Source of the DNA: an uncultured Bacilli bacterium
GTDB lineage: Bacteria > Bacillota_I > Bacilli_A > RF39 > UBA660
Assembly (NCBI GenBank): GCA_947627835.1
Contig: CANQXM010000002.1
Span: 1-38,123 of the forward strand
Length of the DNA stretch: 38,123 nt
Direction of reading: 5' to 3'
Position numbers and translations under genes: made by a program. Below the pieces are notes generated by a model that saw only the letters and a list, made by a program, of their open reading frames with translations, had not been told where the DNA came from and ran no database searches. This document shows positions 1 to 8,266 of this stretch, piece after piece (positions within the stretch are counted from its first letter, which is position 1; every line of letters begins with the position of its first letter).

Positions 1-260
1 AGATCAACTTATTTTAATGTCTTCATTGACAAGACACTTTTTTGCGTGTCAAAATTTAATTATTTTTTTTCAACCTTTTCTTCCTTTCTTTATTTAATAG
101 TTTAAGTATGAAATACGAAGATTAAAGAAATATTAAAAAGATATATAATATCCATCAAACTATAGCAGTGATTCGAAAAATTTGAATAACTGAATTTTCA
201 TTTCATTCATTATATAACAGAATCTTCGTTTGATAATACTTTTTTATACTATTTTATTAC

Positions 261-298
261 ATGAAAAAAGCAAACTTTCTATTCTCCCGTTTGCTTTT
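261..298 (-). terminator. Rho-independent terminator downstream of the 315..1235 gene
   Basis: Inverted repeat AAAAGCAAAC (266-275) / GTTTGCTTTT (289-298) with a 13-nt loop. On the minus strand the hairpin is followed by a T-run (complement of the A-run at 264-269). Confidence 0.6.
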
Positions 299-314
299 AT
301 TCATTTAAAATTTT

Positions 315-1235
315 TTAGTCATTACTCTCTCCATACATTTTTCCTTTTGTTTCAAGTCCTAGTAATCTTCCGTATTCAAAGATGTAGGATAAACTAAATA
401 AGAATAATATTTCTACTAAATCATATGTTTCAAATTCGATATTTAGATCTGTGCTCAATAATAGTTCAAATACACCTCCACCAATATTAGTCATGATGAT
501 GATGATAATCATTTTCCAAGCAATCTTTTTGATTAAACTTACATTTTCTAAAGTAAAGGGAGTTTCTCCTTGATTGATATTATCAAATAAATTTTCTAAA
601 TGCTTCAATATGATTGATGTCAAAATCATTGTTACTAAGAGAACAGCAAAACCGGTTTCTACATAACCAATTACTTTGGCTTTGCTATTCTTTTCAAATA
701 TTGATACTACTTTGGTATTTAAAAATTCTTTATCCGCATCTGCTAAAACTAATGCTCCCGCTTTTAAAACAACTTTGTCATTTTCTTCTAAAAGATGGAT
801 ATTGTGATCTTTTAAATTTAAAGTTAAATGATTGTCTTTAATTTCAACTTTATTAATCAAATAAGGTGTAGCAATTAAAATTAATGAAAGAAAAGGAATC
901 GCAATATAACAGAAAATTCTTCCTATTTTAGAGATTACGGAAATGATTTTACTTAACGCTTTCATTTTCTTTTGTTCTTCTTTTTTTAAACTTACTACTT
1001 TGGTTTTTACTTCAACTCCAAGTGAATCAATATCCATCATGCTATCATTTACTAAATCATTAATTTTACAATGAAAGATTTTACATAGTTCTAATAAATT
1101 ATTCATGGTTGGATAAGCATCTCCGGTTTCCCATTTACTTATGGATTGCCTAGAAACATTTATTTTTTCCGCTAAGTCTTCTTGTGATAGTTTTTTTAAA
1201 ATTCTAATTTTCTTTAGATTATCTCCAAATTTCAT
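315..1235 (-). CDS. XRE-family HTH transcriptional regulator fused to a multi-pass membrane domain
   Basis: The N-terminus LKKIRILKKLSQEDLAEKINVSRQSISKWETGDAYPTMNNLLELCKIF is a classic Cro/C1-type HTH. The C-terminal two thirds contain several hydrophobic segments (IFCYIAIPFLSLILIATPYL, FAVLLVTMILTSIIL, MIIIIIMTNIGGGVF). GGGAGG RBS lies upstream of the ATG at 1235. Confidence 0.85.
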   Translation of the reverse strand: MKFGDNLKKIRILKKLSQEDLAEKINVSRQSISKWETGDAYPTMNNLLELCKIFHCKINDLVNDSMMDIDSLGVEVKTKVVSLKKEEQKKMKALSKIISVISKIGRIFCYIAIPFLSLILIATPYLINKVEIKDNHLTLNLKDHNIHLLEENDKVVLKAGALVLADADKEFLNTKVVSIFEKNSKAKVIGYVETGFAVLLVTMILTSIILKHLENLFDNINQGETPFTLENVSLIKKIAWKMIIIIIMTNIGGGVFELLLSTDLNIEFETYDLVEILFLFSLSYIFEYGRLLGLETKGKMYGESND

Positions 1236-1265
1236 TTAGAGTACCTCCCTTTTCATCATTCATTA

Positions 1266-1294
1266 TATATATGAAAGTCATTTGAAACTATCAA
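1266..1294 (-). promoter_or_regulatory. Sigma-A-type promoter candidate for the 315..1235 gene
   Basis: On the minus strand, TTGATA (1294-1289), a 17-nt spacer, then TATATA (1271-1266), about 30 nt upstream of the RBS. AT-rich context lowers specificity. Confidence 0.4.
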
Positions 1295-1320
1295 CTTTTA
1301 GTTGCACTTGCTTTTTATAT

Positions 1321-2487
1321 TCATTTTGCTTGTAAGTTATTTATGAATATTTTTTGAAATGTATCTTCTACAAAATTATTATCATTCATTTTATTTTCTA
1401 AGTATTTATTGAAATTATTTTGATTGATACCATGATCTACGATGTCTATAAAATGAGGATACGCTTCTTTTATTTGGTTTCTACTTACTTGATAGGTATT
1501 GCCACTAAAATGAAATGTAATTTGTTCTACATTATCGATTAAAGCGAATATTGCTATTGCATTGTATAGTAATGATTTTTCTAAGTAATGGCTCTCATTC
1601 ACATACCAATCGGTAATATGGTAGTTGATTGTTAATCCAAGATTCTCTGAGTCAATTTCAAAAACATAACCATATTCTGCTAGTGGTAAATTATCAATCA
1701 AATGACTATCATTGCTATTGTTTCCAACATATTCATTTTGATATCGGATGATGTTCTTGATTCCTGATTTATCTCGGTTAAAAGGGGTTATTGGAATTGT
1801 ATCTTCAGTGTACTCTTTTTTGGTATCGATGATGTAGTATTCATTTTTGGTATTTTGATTTATTCGATACACGTTATAAAATGGTGCTTTATAAACAATC
1901 ATATCTTCCCCAGTTTTAATCAGATATGAAAATCTTGGGGCAACTTTATTTAATACTACATTTGAATAATCTAGCAAAAGTAGTACTAAGAACCCTACCA
2001 TAAAATAACCTATTCCTAAAAAGATTTTTTTGAAAATGTTTTTGCCTCTTTTTATATTCACAAATCCAAAAGTAGATATGAGTAAGCCCATGATGGAATG
2101 AATGGATCCCCAACTACTATCCGGCGGATAAATAGTAAAGGCGATGAAAATAAAACCTAAACCAAAGAACATAATCATTTCATAAATTAATTTGTTTTTT
2201 TCCGATACTTTTTTATTTGAATAATTGATGGTATCAATAATATTTTTTTCTAACCTTTTTTGATAATGTTCTTTATCGACTTTTTCTCCACTTAATAAAT
2301 CATTTACCGTTATTTTTAAAATTGTGCATAACTCTACCATAATGGAAGCATCTGGCAATCCTTTGCCACACTCCCATTTCGATACTGCTTTAGAAGTGAT
2401 TCCTAACTTTACTGCAAGTTGTTCTTGTGTTAATTTCTGTTCTTTTCTACAAGATGCAATGAATTTTCCTATTTTTTCTTGATTCAT
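1321..2487 (-). CDS. XRE-family HTH regulator with TM segments and a DUF4825-like extracytoplasmic C-terminal domain
   Basis: HTH: IASCRKEQKLTQEQLAVKLGITSKAVSKWECGKGLPDASIMVELCTIL. TM segments: MIMFFGLGFIFIAFTIY, LISTFGFV, FLGIGYFMVGFLVLLLL. The C-terminal YQNEYVGNNSNDSHLIDNLPLAEYGYVFEIDSENLGLTINY resembles the DUF4825 pattern as I remember it. I moved the start to the ATG at 2487 (MNQEK), which has an AAAGGAG RBS; the track start at 2547 has none. Confidence 0.8.
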   Translation of the reverse strand: MNQEKIGKFIASCRKEQKLTQEQLAVKLGITSKAVSKWECGKGLPDASIMVELCTILKITVNDLLSGEKVDKEHYQKRLEKNIIDTINYSNKKVSEKNKLIYEMIMFFGLGFIFIAFTIYPPDSSWGSIHSIMGLLISTFGFVNIKRGKNIFKKIFLGIGYFMVGFLVLLLLDYSNVVLNKVAPRFSYLIKTGEDMIVYKAPFYNVYRINQNTKNEYYIIDTKKEYTEDTIPITPFNRDKSGIKNIIRYQNEYVGNNSNDSHLIDNLPLAEYGYVFEIDSENLGLTINYHITDWYVNESHYLEKSLLYNAIAIFALIDNVEQITFHFSGNTYQVSRNQIKEAYPHFIDIVDHGINQNNFNKYLENKMNDNNFVEDTFQKIFINNLQAK

Positions 2488-2564
2488 ATTTCTTGCTCCT
2501 TTCGAAAACAACCATATCATCTTAACACAAGTTTTAACACCTACCATTCGTAGAGTTTGGATAT

Positions 2565-2837
2565 TTATTTATGCAAATAGTATTTCCCTTTTTGAAAAAT
2601 TAATGTTTTATCTTGTACCATCATTAGTAAATATGGATTTTTAATTATTTCTTTTGGTAAATCTTTTGCTTTTATTCCTTTTTCGAAACTTGTAATATGG
2701 TTATCTTGAAAGTATTTAATTATATTTTCTTTTGATAAAGATGCTTTATCATTTTGATATTTGCTTTTCATTATCATTATATAGATAATCCCCATTACAC
2801 AGATTATAGGTATAAGAAATTTTAGAATTTCAAGCAT
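2565..2837 (-). CDS. Hypothetical small membrane-anchored protein (90 aa)
   Basis: N-terminal hydrophobic helix LKFLIPIICVMGIIYIMIM. AGGAGTG RBS upstream of the ATG at 2837. Tightly packed between flanking same-strand genes. No recognisable family motif. Confidence 0.55.
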   Translation of the reverse strand: MLEILKFLIPIICVMGIIYIMIMKSKYQNDKASLSKENIIKYFQDNHITSFEKGIKAKDLPKEIIKNPYLLMMVQDKTLIFQKGKYYLHK

Positions 2838-2879
2838 TTCGTTTCACACTCCTGCAAATTACTTTACCTTTTTCTTTTA

Positions 2880-4082
2880 TTATTTATTTAATAACCAATC
2901 AACTATATTCATTTTTGTTATTCCATCGTAATCAGTTTCCATATCCATATCATAAGTTATTAAATATTTTGGATAATGGTCTCCTGTTTTTTGCAATGAT
3001 TTTAGTTCTCTTTCTAATACTTTTTCATCTCTAACCGTTAATGCAACTTGAAAATATTTAAGTCCATCTCTATTTTCAGCAACAAAGTCTATCTCTAAAT
3101 CATCTAATTTTCCTACATATACTTTATATCCTCTTCTTAACAATTCGAGATAAACTATATTTTCTAGTATATGTCCCATATCACTATCAGCTTTTTTACC
3201 CAATAAGTAACTTCTTAATCCTTGATCTACAACATAATATTTGTAATCCCTAGCAAGTAAATTTTTACCTTTAACATCAAATCTTTCGGCTTTATATATC
3301 AAAAAACTTTCGACAAATGCAGATATATAATTTTCAACTGTATGATTGCTTGTAGACATTCCCTTACTTGTTAATGTATCACTTATCTTTTTTGTTGATA
3401 TTGGACTACCTATGCTATCAAATATAAATTTTAATACACTTTCTAAACGCATTTTATCTGTTATATTATTTTTTGTTATTATGTCTTTGTAAACTATTGT
3501 AGTAAATATCCCTTCTAAATATGTATCTAAATCATTTGGGTTATCTTGAAGTATTGGTATATTACCAGGCATACCACCATACTTCATATAATCTAAGAAA
3601 TACTCATAATGACTTTTACCAGAGTCATTAAAAGCACTTAAATACTCTTTAAATGATAATGGTAATAATTTTATTTCTACATATCTTCCTGATAATAATG
3701 TTGCAAGTTCACCAGATAATAAATAAGCATTTGACCCTGTTATATAAACATCAACATTTTTCTTTATATATAAACTATCAACTGCTTTTTGGAACATGGG
3801 AACATTTTGAACTTCATCTAAAAATACATAGAATTGTTTTTTAGAATCTAATTGCTTATTTACATAATCGTATAATTCCTTGTAATTTTCAAATTGATAT
3901 TCAGCATCTTCAAGATTTATCTTTATGATTTGATCATCTTTTATTCCTATCTCTTTTAAGTAATTTATAAATATTTCAAATAATGTAGATTTTCCACATC
4001 TTCTTATTCCTGTAATAACTTTAATTAAATCCTTATCTTTAAACCTTTTTAATAATTCAAGATATTCTGTCCTTTCTATCAT
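2880..4082 (-). CDS. AAA-type ATPase of the AAA_14 + DUF4143 architecture
   Basis: Walker A GIRRCGKST and Walker B VFLDEVQ. The overall ~400-aa layout, with C-terminal EIDFV...YFQV motifs, is typical of DUF4143 ATPases. Start moved to the ATG at 4082 (MIERTEY) behind an AGAGGTGA RBS; the upstream extension to 4160 lacks an RBS. Confidence 0.8.
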   Translation of the reverse strand: MIERTEYLELLKRFKDKDLIKVITGIRRCGKSTLFEIFINYLKEIGIKDDQIIKINLEDAEYQFENYKELYDYVNKQLDSKKQFYVFLDEVQNVPMFQKAVDSLYIKKNVDVYITGSNAYLLSGELATLLSGRYVEIKLLPLSFKEYLSAFNDSGKSHYEYFLDYMKYGGMPGNIPILQDNPNDLDTYLEGIFTTIVYKDIITKNNITDKMRLESVLKFIFDSIGSPISTKKISDTLTSKGMSTSNHTVENYISAFVESFLIYKAERFDVKGKNLLARDYKYYVVDQGLRSYLLGKKADSDMGHILENIVYLELLRRGYKVYVGKLDDLEIDFVAENRDGLKYFQVALTVRDEKVLERELKSLQKTGDHYPKYLITYDMDMETDYDGITKMNIVDWLLNK

Positions 4083-4127
4083 AGTTTCACCTCTGTTTCC
4101 AGTATATATTAAATTTGATGTTAAGTC

Positions 4128-4187
4128 AAGTTTTGGAAATATTTTTCCAAAACTTATCAAAATTTAGTAGTTTTGGAAAAATATTTC
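4128..4187. repeat. Three copies of the half-site AGTTTTGGAAA: a perfect 12-bp inverted repeat plus a third copy; candidate operator cluster
   Basis: AAGTTTTGGAAA (4128-4139) / TTTCCAAAACTT (4144-4155) form a perfect inverted repeat with a 4-nt spacer. 4169-4187 (AGTTTTGGAAAAATATTTC) is the exact reverse complement of 4136-4154. The cluster sits 45-105 nt upstream of the ATPase start at 4082. Confidence 0.6.
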
Positions 4188-4292
4188 AAATAAAAAATAT
4201 TTGGTTTTCATCTATGTATAAAGTTCTCATAAATAAAAGAACTAACAAAAATGGCACCCAAATAAAGTTGTCTTATTACTTATCCAAATTTA

Positions 4293-4943
4293 TTAACTGA
4301 TTCGATAATGTCCTACTATGTCGTTTCTTAATTCTAATATATCTTCTTCATAGTTTTTTTGATAAGGATTTGCATGATGAATCACAAATGGCACTCCGTT
4401 TTTATTTCTTTTATCAGAAATTATTCCAATATGTTTTGTAAATATCACTATATCTCCACCTTGCCATTCTTTTATTTTGGAGATGTCCGTTGTTAATGTT
4501 ATGGCATTATTCTCAAAATAAACTTTTAAATTATTGACTCTTCTAAAATCAATATTCTTATCTACTACTTCAATATTATAGCTATCACGATTATTTTTTA
4601 CATCTTCATTAACTAAGTTCATTAAATCATACCCTGCATCTTTTAAACCAAATGCTACAACATCTGCACAAACACCAAATTCGTCATTTGGATAGCCAGT
4701 TGCATAATATTTACTTTTATATTTTGGCTTTGTTTTTATATAATTTCTGACATTATTTAAAATATCTGTTTGATCGTCAATCCCATCTTCATCTTGATCT
4801 ACTAAACTCACATAGGGTTCAATCCCAAAATCCGCATTACTATATTTCTTATGAGGAATATAATTAAATATATATAAAATATAAATCGTTAATAAAACTG
4901 CTATTAATACAATAGATAAAATGATTAAAATTTTCTTTTTCAT
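4293..4943 (-). CDS. DUF1287-like membrane-anchored protein
   Basis: N-terminal signal/anchor KKKILIILSIVLIAVLLTIYILYIF. The body motifs YYATGYPNDEFGVCADVVAFGLKDAGYDL and GGDIVIF...HIGIISD match what I recall of DUF1287. Start set to the ATG at 4943 behind a GGGAGAA RBS. Confidence 0.7.
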   Translation of the reverse strand: MKKKILIILSIVLIAVLLTIYILYIFNYIPHKKYSNADFGIEPYVSLVDQDEDGIDDQTDILNNVRNYIKTKPKYKSKYYATGYPNDEFGVCADVVAFGLKDAGYDLMNLVNEDVKNNRDSYNIEVVDKNIDFRRVNNLKVYFENNAITLTTDISKIKEWQGGDIVIFTKHIGIISDKRNKNGVPFVIHHANPYQKNYEEDILELRNDIVGHYRIS

Positions 4944-5007
4944 CGCTAGTTCTCCCATAACTTATCATTCGTGTTATGATGCAAATTCCATTTTCTTTCA
5001 CTTATTT

Positions 5008-5457
5008 TTAATAAAGTTCACGATTATAGCTTTCGAGTAGTTCTTGACATTTTTTATTTTCAATCTGATGAATTTTTAAAATTTCTTTTTCTTTATTTTC
5101 CAAATAATTATAGATTATATCATCTCGAAAGCCAATTCCTGCAACTTCTTTTCGATTACTTACAAAATAAATTTCTTTTATATTCGACCAAATAATTGCT
5201 GATAAGCACATTGGACAAGGTTCACTCGTAGAATAAATAACACAATCTTTTAAATCATGTGTATTTAATTTTTTACATGCATCTCGAATCGCCATTATTT
5301 CGGCATGAGCGGTGGGATCTTTTTCTTTTAAAACTTTATTATTTCCATAACCAGTTATTTTATTGTCTTTCACAACTACAGCTCCAAATGGGCCACCTTC
5401 TAAATTTTTAACTCCGAATTTTGCAAGTTCTATGGCTTTATCCAAATAATTCTCCAT
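5008..5457 (-). CDS. CMP/dCMP-type zinc deaminase (guanine or nucleoside deaminase-like)
   Basis: Zinc-binding motifs HAEIMAIRDA and PCPMCLSAI. The ~150-aa size is typical of the CDA fold. Confidence 0.85.
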   Translation of the reverse strand: MENYLDKAIELAKFGVKNLEGGPFGAVVVKDNKITGYGNNKVLKEKDPTAHAEIMAIRDACKKLNTHDLKDCVIYSTSEPCPMCLSAIIWSNIKEIYFVSNRKEVAGIGFRDDIIYNYLENKEKEILKIHQIENKKCQELLESYNRELY

Positions 5458-5511
5458 ATATAATCCTTTCTTTTATTCATATCAAATAAAATTGTATTCC
5501 ATCCTTAAATA

Positions 5512-6147
5512 TCATTCTCTAATAAAATTGGTAAATGTTATTTTTTCTAATTCGGGAGGATTAATACCTTTTTCTTTTCCTGCCTCCACGCATTTTAAAT
5601 AATAAGCCATATTTTTACCAAGGATTCTCATGATTTGCATGCCTTCTTCATCTTTTCTTACCTCTTCTTTGGTAGATCCATGAACCATATTCCAATATCT
5701 AGATGAAATTACGGGCATTTGATTCATGGTATAGTATTTATTTAGTTGGTCAAATGTGGCAGTTGTTCCTGCTCTTCTAGCTGAAACTACGGTTGCTGCA
5801 GGCTTTAAGCGAAAGATATCTGGGTTTGCAAAATTTGAATAAAACAATCTATCCATAAAAGATGTTATTGCACCTGTTGCTGATGCATAATGAACTGGTG
5901 TTCCAAATACAAATCCATCTGCACTTTTTGCTTTTTCTGCAAATTCATTTACAACATCATTAAATACGCATTTTCCAATTTTTGAACATTTGTGACATGC
6001 AATACATCCTGATATTGGTTTTACACCGATCCAAAATATTTCCGTTTCTATTCCTTCCTTATTTAATTCTTTGGCAACTTCGCTAAGAGCTGTGTAAACG
6101 CATCCTTCTTGATGTGGTCCTCCGTTTACTAATAATACTTTCATCAT
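5512..6147 (-). CDS. Flavodoxin-like fold FMN reductase / iron-sulfur flavoprotein (Isf-like)
   Basis: MKVLLVNGGPH N-terminus. Compact Cys cluster CIACHKCSKIGKC (C-x2-C-x2-C-x5-C). GTPVHYASATG flavin-binding-type loop. The second ATG (6144) is better spaced from the GAGGAA RBS. Confidence 0.8.
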   Translation of the reverse strand: MMKVLLVNGGPHQEGCVYTALSEVAKELNKEGIETEIFWIGVKPISGCIACHKCSKIGKCVFNDVVNEFAEKAKSADGFVFGTPVHYASATGAITSFMDRLFYSNFANPDIFRLKPAATVVSARRAGTTATFDQLNKYYTMNQMPVISSRYWNMVHGSTKEEVRKDEEGMQIMRILGKNMAYYLKCVEAGKEKGINPPELEKITFTNFIRE

Positions 6148-6180
6148 TTTTCCTCATTTCTCTTACTATCTATTATACCA

Positions 6181-6211
6181 AAGAAAAAGCAAATCTCGTG
6201 TAGAGTTTGCT
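6181..6211 (-). terminator. Rho-independent terminator after the 6225..6851 gene
   Basis: AGCAAA-T-CTC (6188-6197) pairs with GAG-TTTGCT (6203-6211) with one bulge. On the minus strand a T-run follows (complement of the A-run at 6184-6188). Confidence 0.55.
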
Positions 6212-6224
6212 CATAAAAAAATGG

Positions 6225-6851
6225 TTATGGTACGTTTTTTATATTTAATGTTTTTACGATCTCTAAAAATTCTTTGGTATCATTTTCTTCAAGACCATTA
6301 TTCATAAAGGCAATGTTTGGATTTAATTCATAGAATGATATATCCGTCCATATTGGTTCTCCGTAATAACCGATTGTTGCTATCACGCCATTATTTAACG
6401 TGAGTTCTTCGGTCGTTCTTCCTGTACCGCACACTCCAAATGGATTATTATAAAAAATTAAGCTTGCATATTGATCTTTTGAATCTTTATATAATTTTAA
6501 AGCAAATTGATAATCTTCTTCTTTGATTTCTTCATAATGCCAATCTTTTAAAATATTTAATTCAATGTTTGTATTTTCTACTGTTTTTACATATTTTTCT
6601 TCACTTGCTTCTTCTTTCATCGAACAAGCAAATTTTGTTTTTTTCCAAGTCGTTACTTGCTCATTATTACTGCAATGGTAATAATTTACAAATAGTCCTT
6701 TATCAATATAATTCACGCTTTCTTCGTTTAAATGATCTCTGATTTTTAATAGTGGACTATGATTAAAAATTTTGGCTTGTAAAGTATCAAGAGCAACTAC
6801 ACTTGCTAAAATGCCTAGAGCAATGAAAGTAATTTTTAGACCTTTTTTCAT
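6225..6851 (-). CDS. Hypothetical secreted or membrane-anchored protein
   Basis: N-terminal signal-like KKGLKITFIALGILASVVAL, GGAGA RBS, own terminator. No family motif recognised. Confidence 0.6.
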   Translation of the reverse strand: MKKGLKITFIALGILASVVALDTLQAKIFNHSPLLKIRDHLNEESVNYIDKGLFVNYYHCSNNEQVTTWKKTKFACSMKEEASEEKYVKTVENTNIELNILKDWHYEEIKEEDYQFALKLYKDSKDQYASLIFYNNPFGVCGTGRTTEELTLNNGVIATIGYYGEPIWTDISFYELNPNIAFMNNGLEENDTKEFLEIVKTLNIKNVP

Positions 6852-6896
6852 ATTTTCTCCATTTCTACAAATTTTATTTGTTTCAATAACATTATA

Positions 6897-6928
6897 TCAA
6901 AAGAAGCAAACATTCGATAGTGTTTGCT
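6897..6928 (-). terminator. Rho-independent terminator after the Fic gene
   Basis: AGCAAACA (6905-6912) / TGTTTGCT (6921-6928) with an 8-nt loop. On the minus strand it is followed by TTCTTTTG. Confidence 0.6.
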
Positions 6929-6946
6929 CGTTAAACTTTCTTTATT

Positions 6947-8026
6947 TTATAATTGTTCTACAAAAGTATCATATATTCTTCTATATCGATAAGTTATTCG
7001 ATTCGTACCTTCTTTTTTCTCTTTAACAATTATGTTTAGTTCAACCATTTTATTTAGTATATGATGAATTGAGTTTTTATGAACATTCAGCTCTTCCGCC
7101 ATTTCTCCAGCGGTAAATACGATTTTTTTCATCATTAAGGGATGCATTTTCAAAACGGTACTACCTTTTATATTTTGTTTGATTGTTTCTTCATCTTCAT
7201 CATAAACCCGATTAATTTTTTCGATTCTGCCAATATTTCTTGTACATTGATCAACTACGCATTGCAAGAAAAATCTAATAAACCCGGTGATATTTCCGTT
7301 TCGGCATTCATTAAGTGCATTATAGTAATTTGCTTTAAATAATTCTATAATTTCAGATAAAAATAATATTGGCTCATCCTCCTTTAGTTTAGCAAGTTGT
7401 AAAGTCATTAGTGCTCTTCCCATTCTTCCGTTTCCATCTTTATATGGGTGAATTGACTCAAATTGAACATGTGAGATAGCAACTTTAATAAAGGCTTCGT
7501 CATCATACGTATCATTCATGTATTCCATTAAATTATCCAAAAGTTCAGGAACTTCTTCTGGAATCGGTGGAACAAATGTGGCACCATCTTTTCCAAGGCC
7601 AATCGGTCCAATATAATTTTGTATGGATCTAATTTCTCCTGGAGATTTATCTTCTCCTCTAACTCCGGAGAGTAATATTTTGTGCATGGAGTTAATCATA
7701 CTAATGCTAAATTTTTTATCTTTTAATTTATCATTTGCATACTCTAGCATTTTCTTTAAGTTTTTAACTTCTTTAATACTATCATTTGTTTCTTTATAAT
7801 CCATATAATACATATCATCTTGAGATATTTGCGTTCCTTCAATTCGTGAAGATCGAATACTTTCTCCTAATACTAAAGAATCAAGGAAATATTTTTGATC
7901 GAATTTAAATACTTTTAATAACGATTTATATTGTCCATATTTATCGTTTGCTTGACCTAGAAGTTTTATAGTTTCTTTATCCAATTTATAAGAAAATGGT
8001 AGCATTTTCGCTTTATATGGTTCCAT
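6947..8026 (-). CDS. Fic family protein (AMPylase-type) with C-terminal winged-helix domain
   Basis: Fic active-site motif HPYKDGNGRMGRAL matches HxFx(D/E)GNGRxxR. The C-terminal AEELNVHKNSIHHILNKMVELNIIVKE looks like a wHTH. AAAGGAG RBS. Confidence 0.9.
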   Translation of the reverse strand: MEPYKAKMLPFSYKLDKETIKLLGQANDKYGQYKSLLKVFKFDQKYFLDSLVLGESIRSSRIEGTQISQDDMYYMDYKETNDSIKEVKNLKKMLEYANDKLKDKKFSISMINSMHKILLSGVRGEDKSPGEIRSIQNYIGPIGLGKDGATFVPPIPEEVPELLDNLMEYMNDTYDDEAFIKVAISHVQFESIHPYKDGNGRMGRALMTLQLAKLKEDEPILFLSEIIELFKANYYNALNECRNGNITGFIRFFLQCVVDQCTRNIGRIEKINRVYDEDEETIKQNIKGSTVLKMHPLMMKKIVFTAGEMAEELNVHKNSIHHILNKMVELNIIVKEKKEGTNRITYRYRRIYDTFVEQL

Positions 8027-8070
8027 CTTATCACACTCCTTTCGTATAATATACCATATTTTATTAAAAA

Positions 8071-8184
8071 ATGCACAGTATTTTGCGTTTTATTGTGTGT
8101 TTTATGGTAGATATGCACAGTATTTTGCAAAAAACTGTGCGTTTTTATGTATTTTGACACAGTTTTTTCATAATTATTGTGCAT
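8071..8184. repeat. Repeated ATGCACAGT-type motif cluster in the Fic / GT2 divergent intergenic region
   Basis: An identical 16-mer ATGCACAGTATTTTGC occurs at 8071-8086 and 8113-8128 (42-nt period). Inverted cores occur at ACTGTGC 8134-8140 and TGTGCAT 8178-8184, with a partial CACAGT at 8158-8163. Confidence 0.6.
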
Positions 8185-8266
8185 TATTGGTTTCTTTGAC
8201 TATCTTTTTTGACATATTCTAAATTCTATGATAGTGTAATAACTATTTAAAAAAGGGAAAAAGATT

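Noticed and set aside
614-841. This entry covers the antisense or alternative-frame ORFs from the track: 614..841, 3653..3844, 6772..7026, 7142..7342, 10413..10598, 10891..11118, 11220..11426, 14265..14588, 15314..15526, 15660..15872, 16158..16418, 18356..18580, 18403..18591, 22377..22712, 25808..26020, 26244..26462, 27444..27656, 29575..30012, 30586..30870, 31438..31626, 35753..35980 and 36553..36789.
   Set aside because: Each lies wholly or largely inside a longer ORF that carries clear domain motifs on the other strand or frame. Their translations are low-complexity (Leu/Phe/Ile/Ser-rich, as expected from the antisense of AT-rich genes). None has a convincing RBS.
2488-2547. N-terminal extensions offered by the ORF track: 2547 for the HTH-DUF4825 gene, 4160 for the ATPase, 4958 for the DUF1287-like gene, 24022 for partner B and 36729 for the HAD-like gene.
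   Set aside because: In each case an internal ATG sits 5-9 nt downstream of a clear Shine-Dalgarno sequence and begins the recognisable domain, whereas the longer start has no RBS.
4115-4300. A 61-aa plus-strand ORF in the ATPase / DUF1287 intergenic region.
   Set aside because: It has no RBS, runs through the palindromic half-site cluster, overlaps the 3' end of the DUF1287-like gene, and has low-complexity composition.
261-6928. Three terminators (261-298, 6181-6211, 6897-6928) share an AGCAAAC...GTTTGCT stem, which might indicate a REP-like dispersed element.
   Set aside because: The shared part is only 6-8 nt, the loops and flanks differ, and other terminators in the window (9355-9385, 19307-19335) use unrelated stems. 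It is consistent with chance or a generic terminator preference.
8071-8128. Two identical 16-mers separated by 26 nt, considered as a possible CRISPR-like or minimal repeat array.
   Set aside because: There are only two direct copies, the repeat is too short, there are no cas genes, and the other copies are inverted. An operator-type repeat is more plausible.
7966-8184. A 72-aa minus-strand ORF spanning the Fic start and its upstream region.
   Set aside because: It overlaps the Fic N-terminus out of frame, has no RBS, and has an odd His/Asn/Lys-rich composition. The region is better explained as a promoter/operator segment containing the repeated ATGCACAGT motif.
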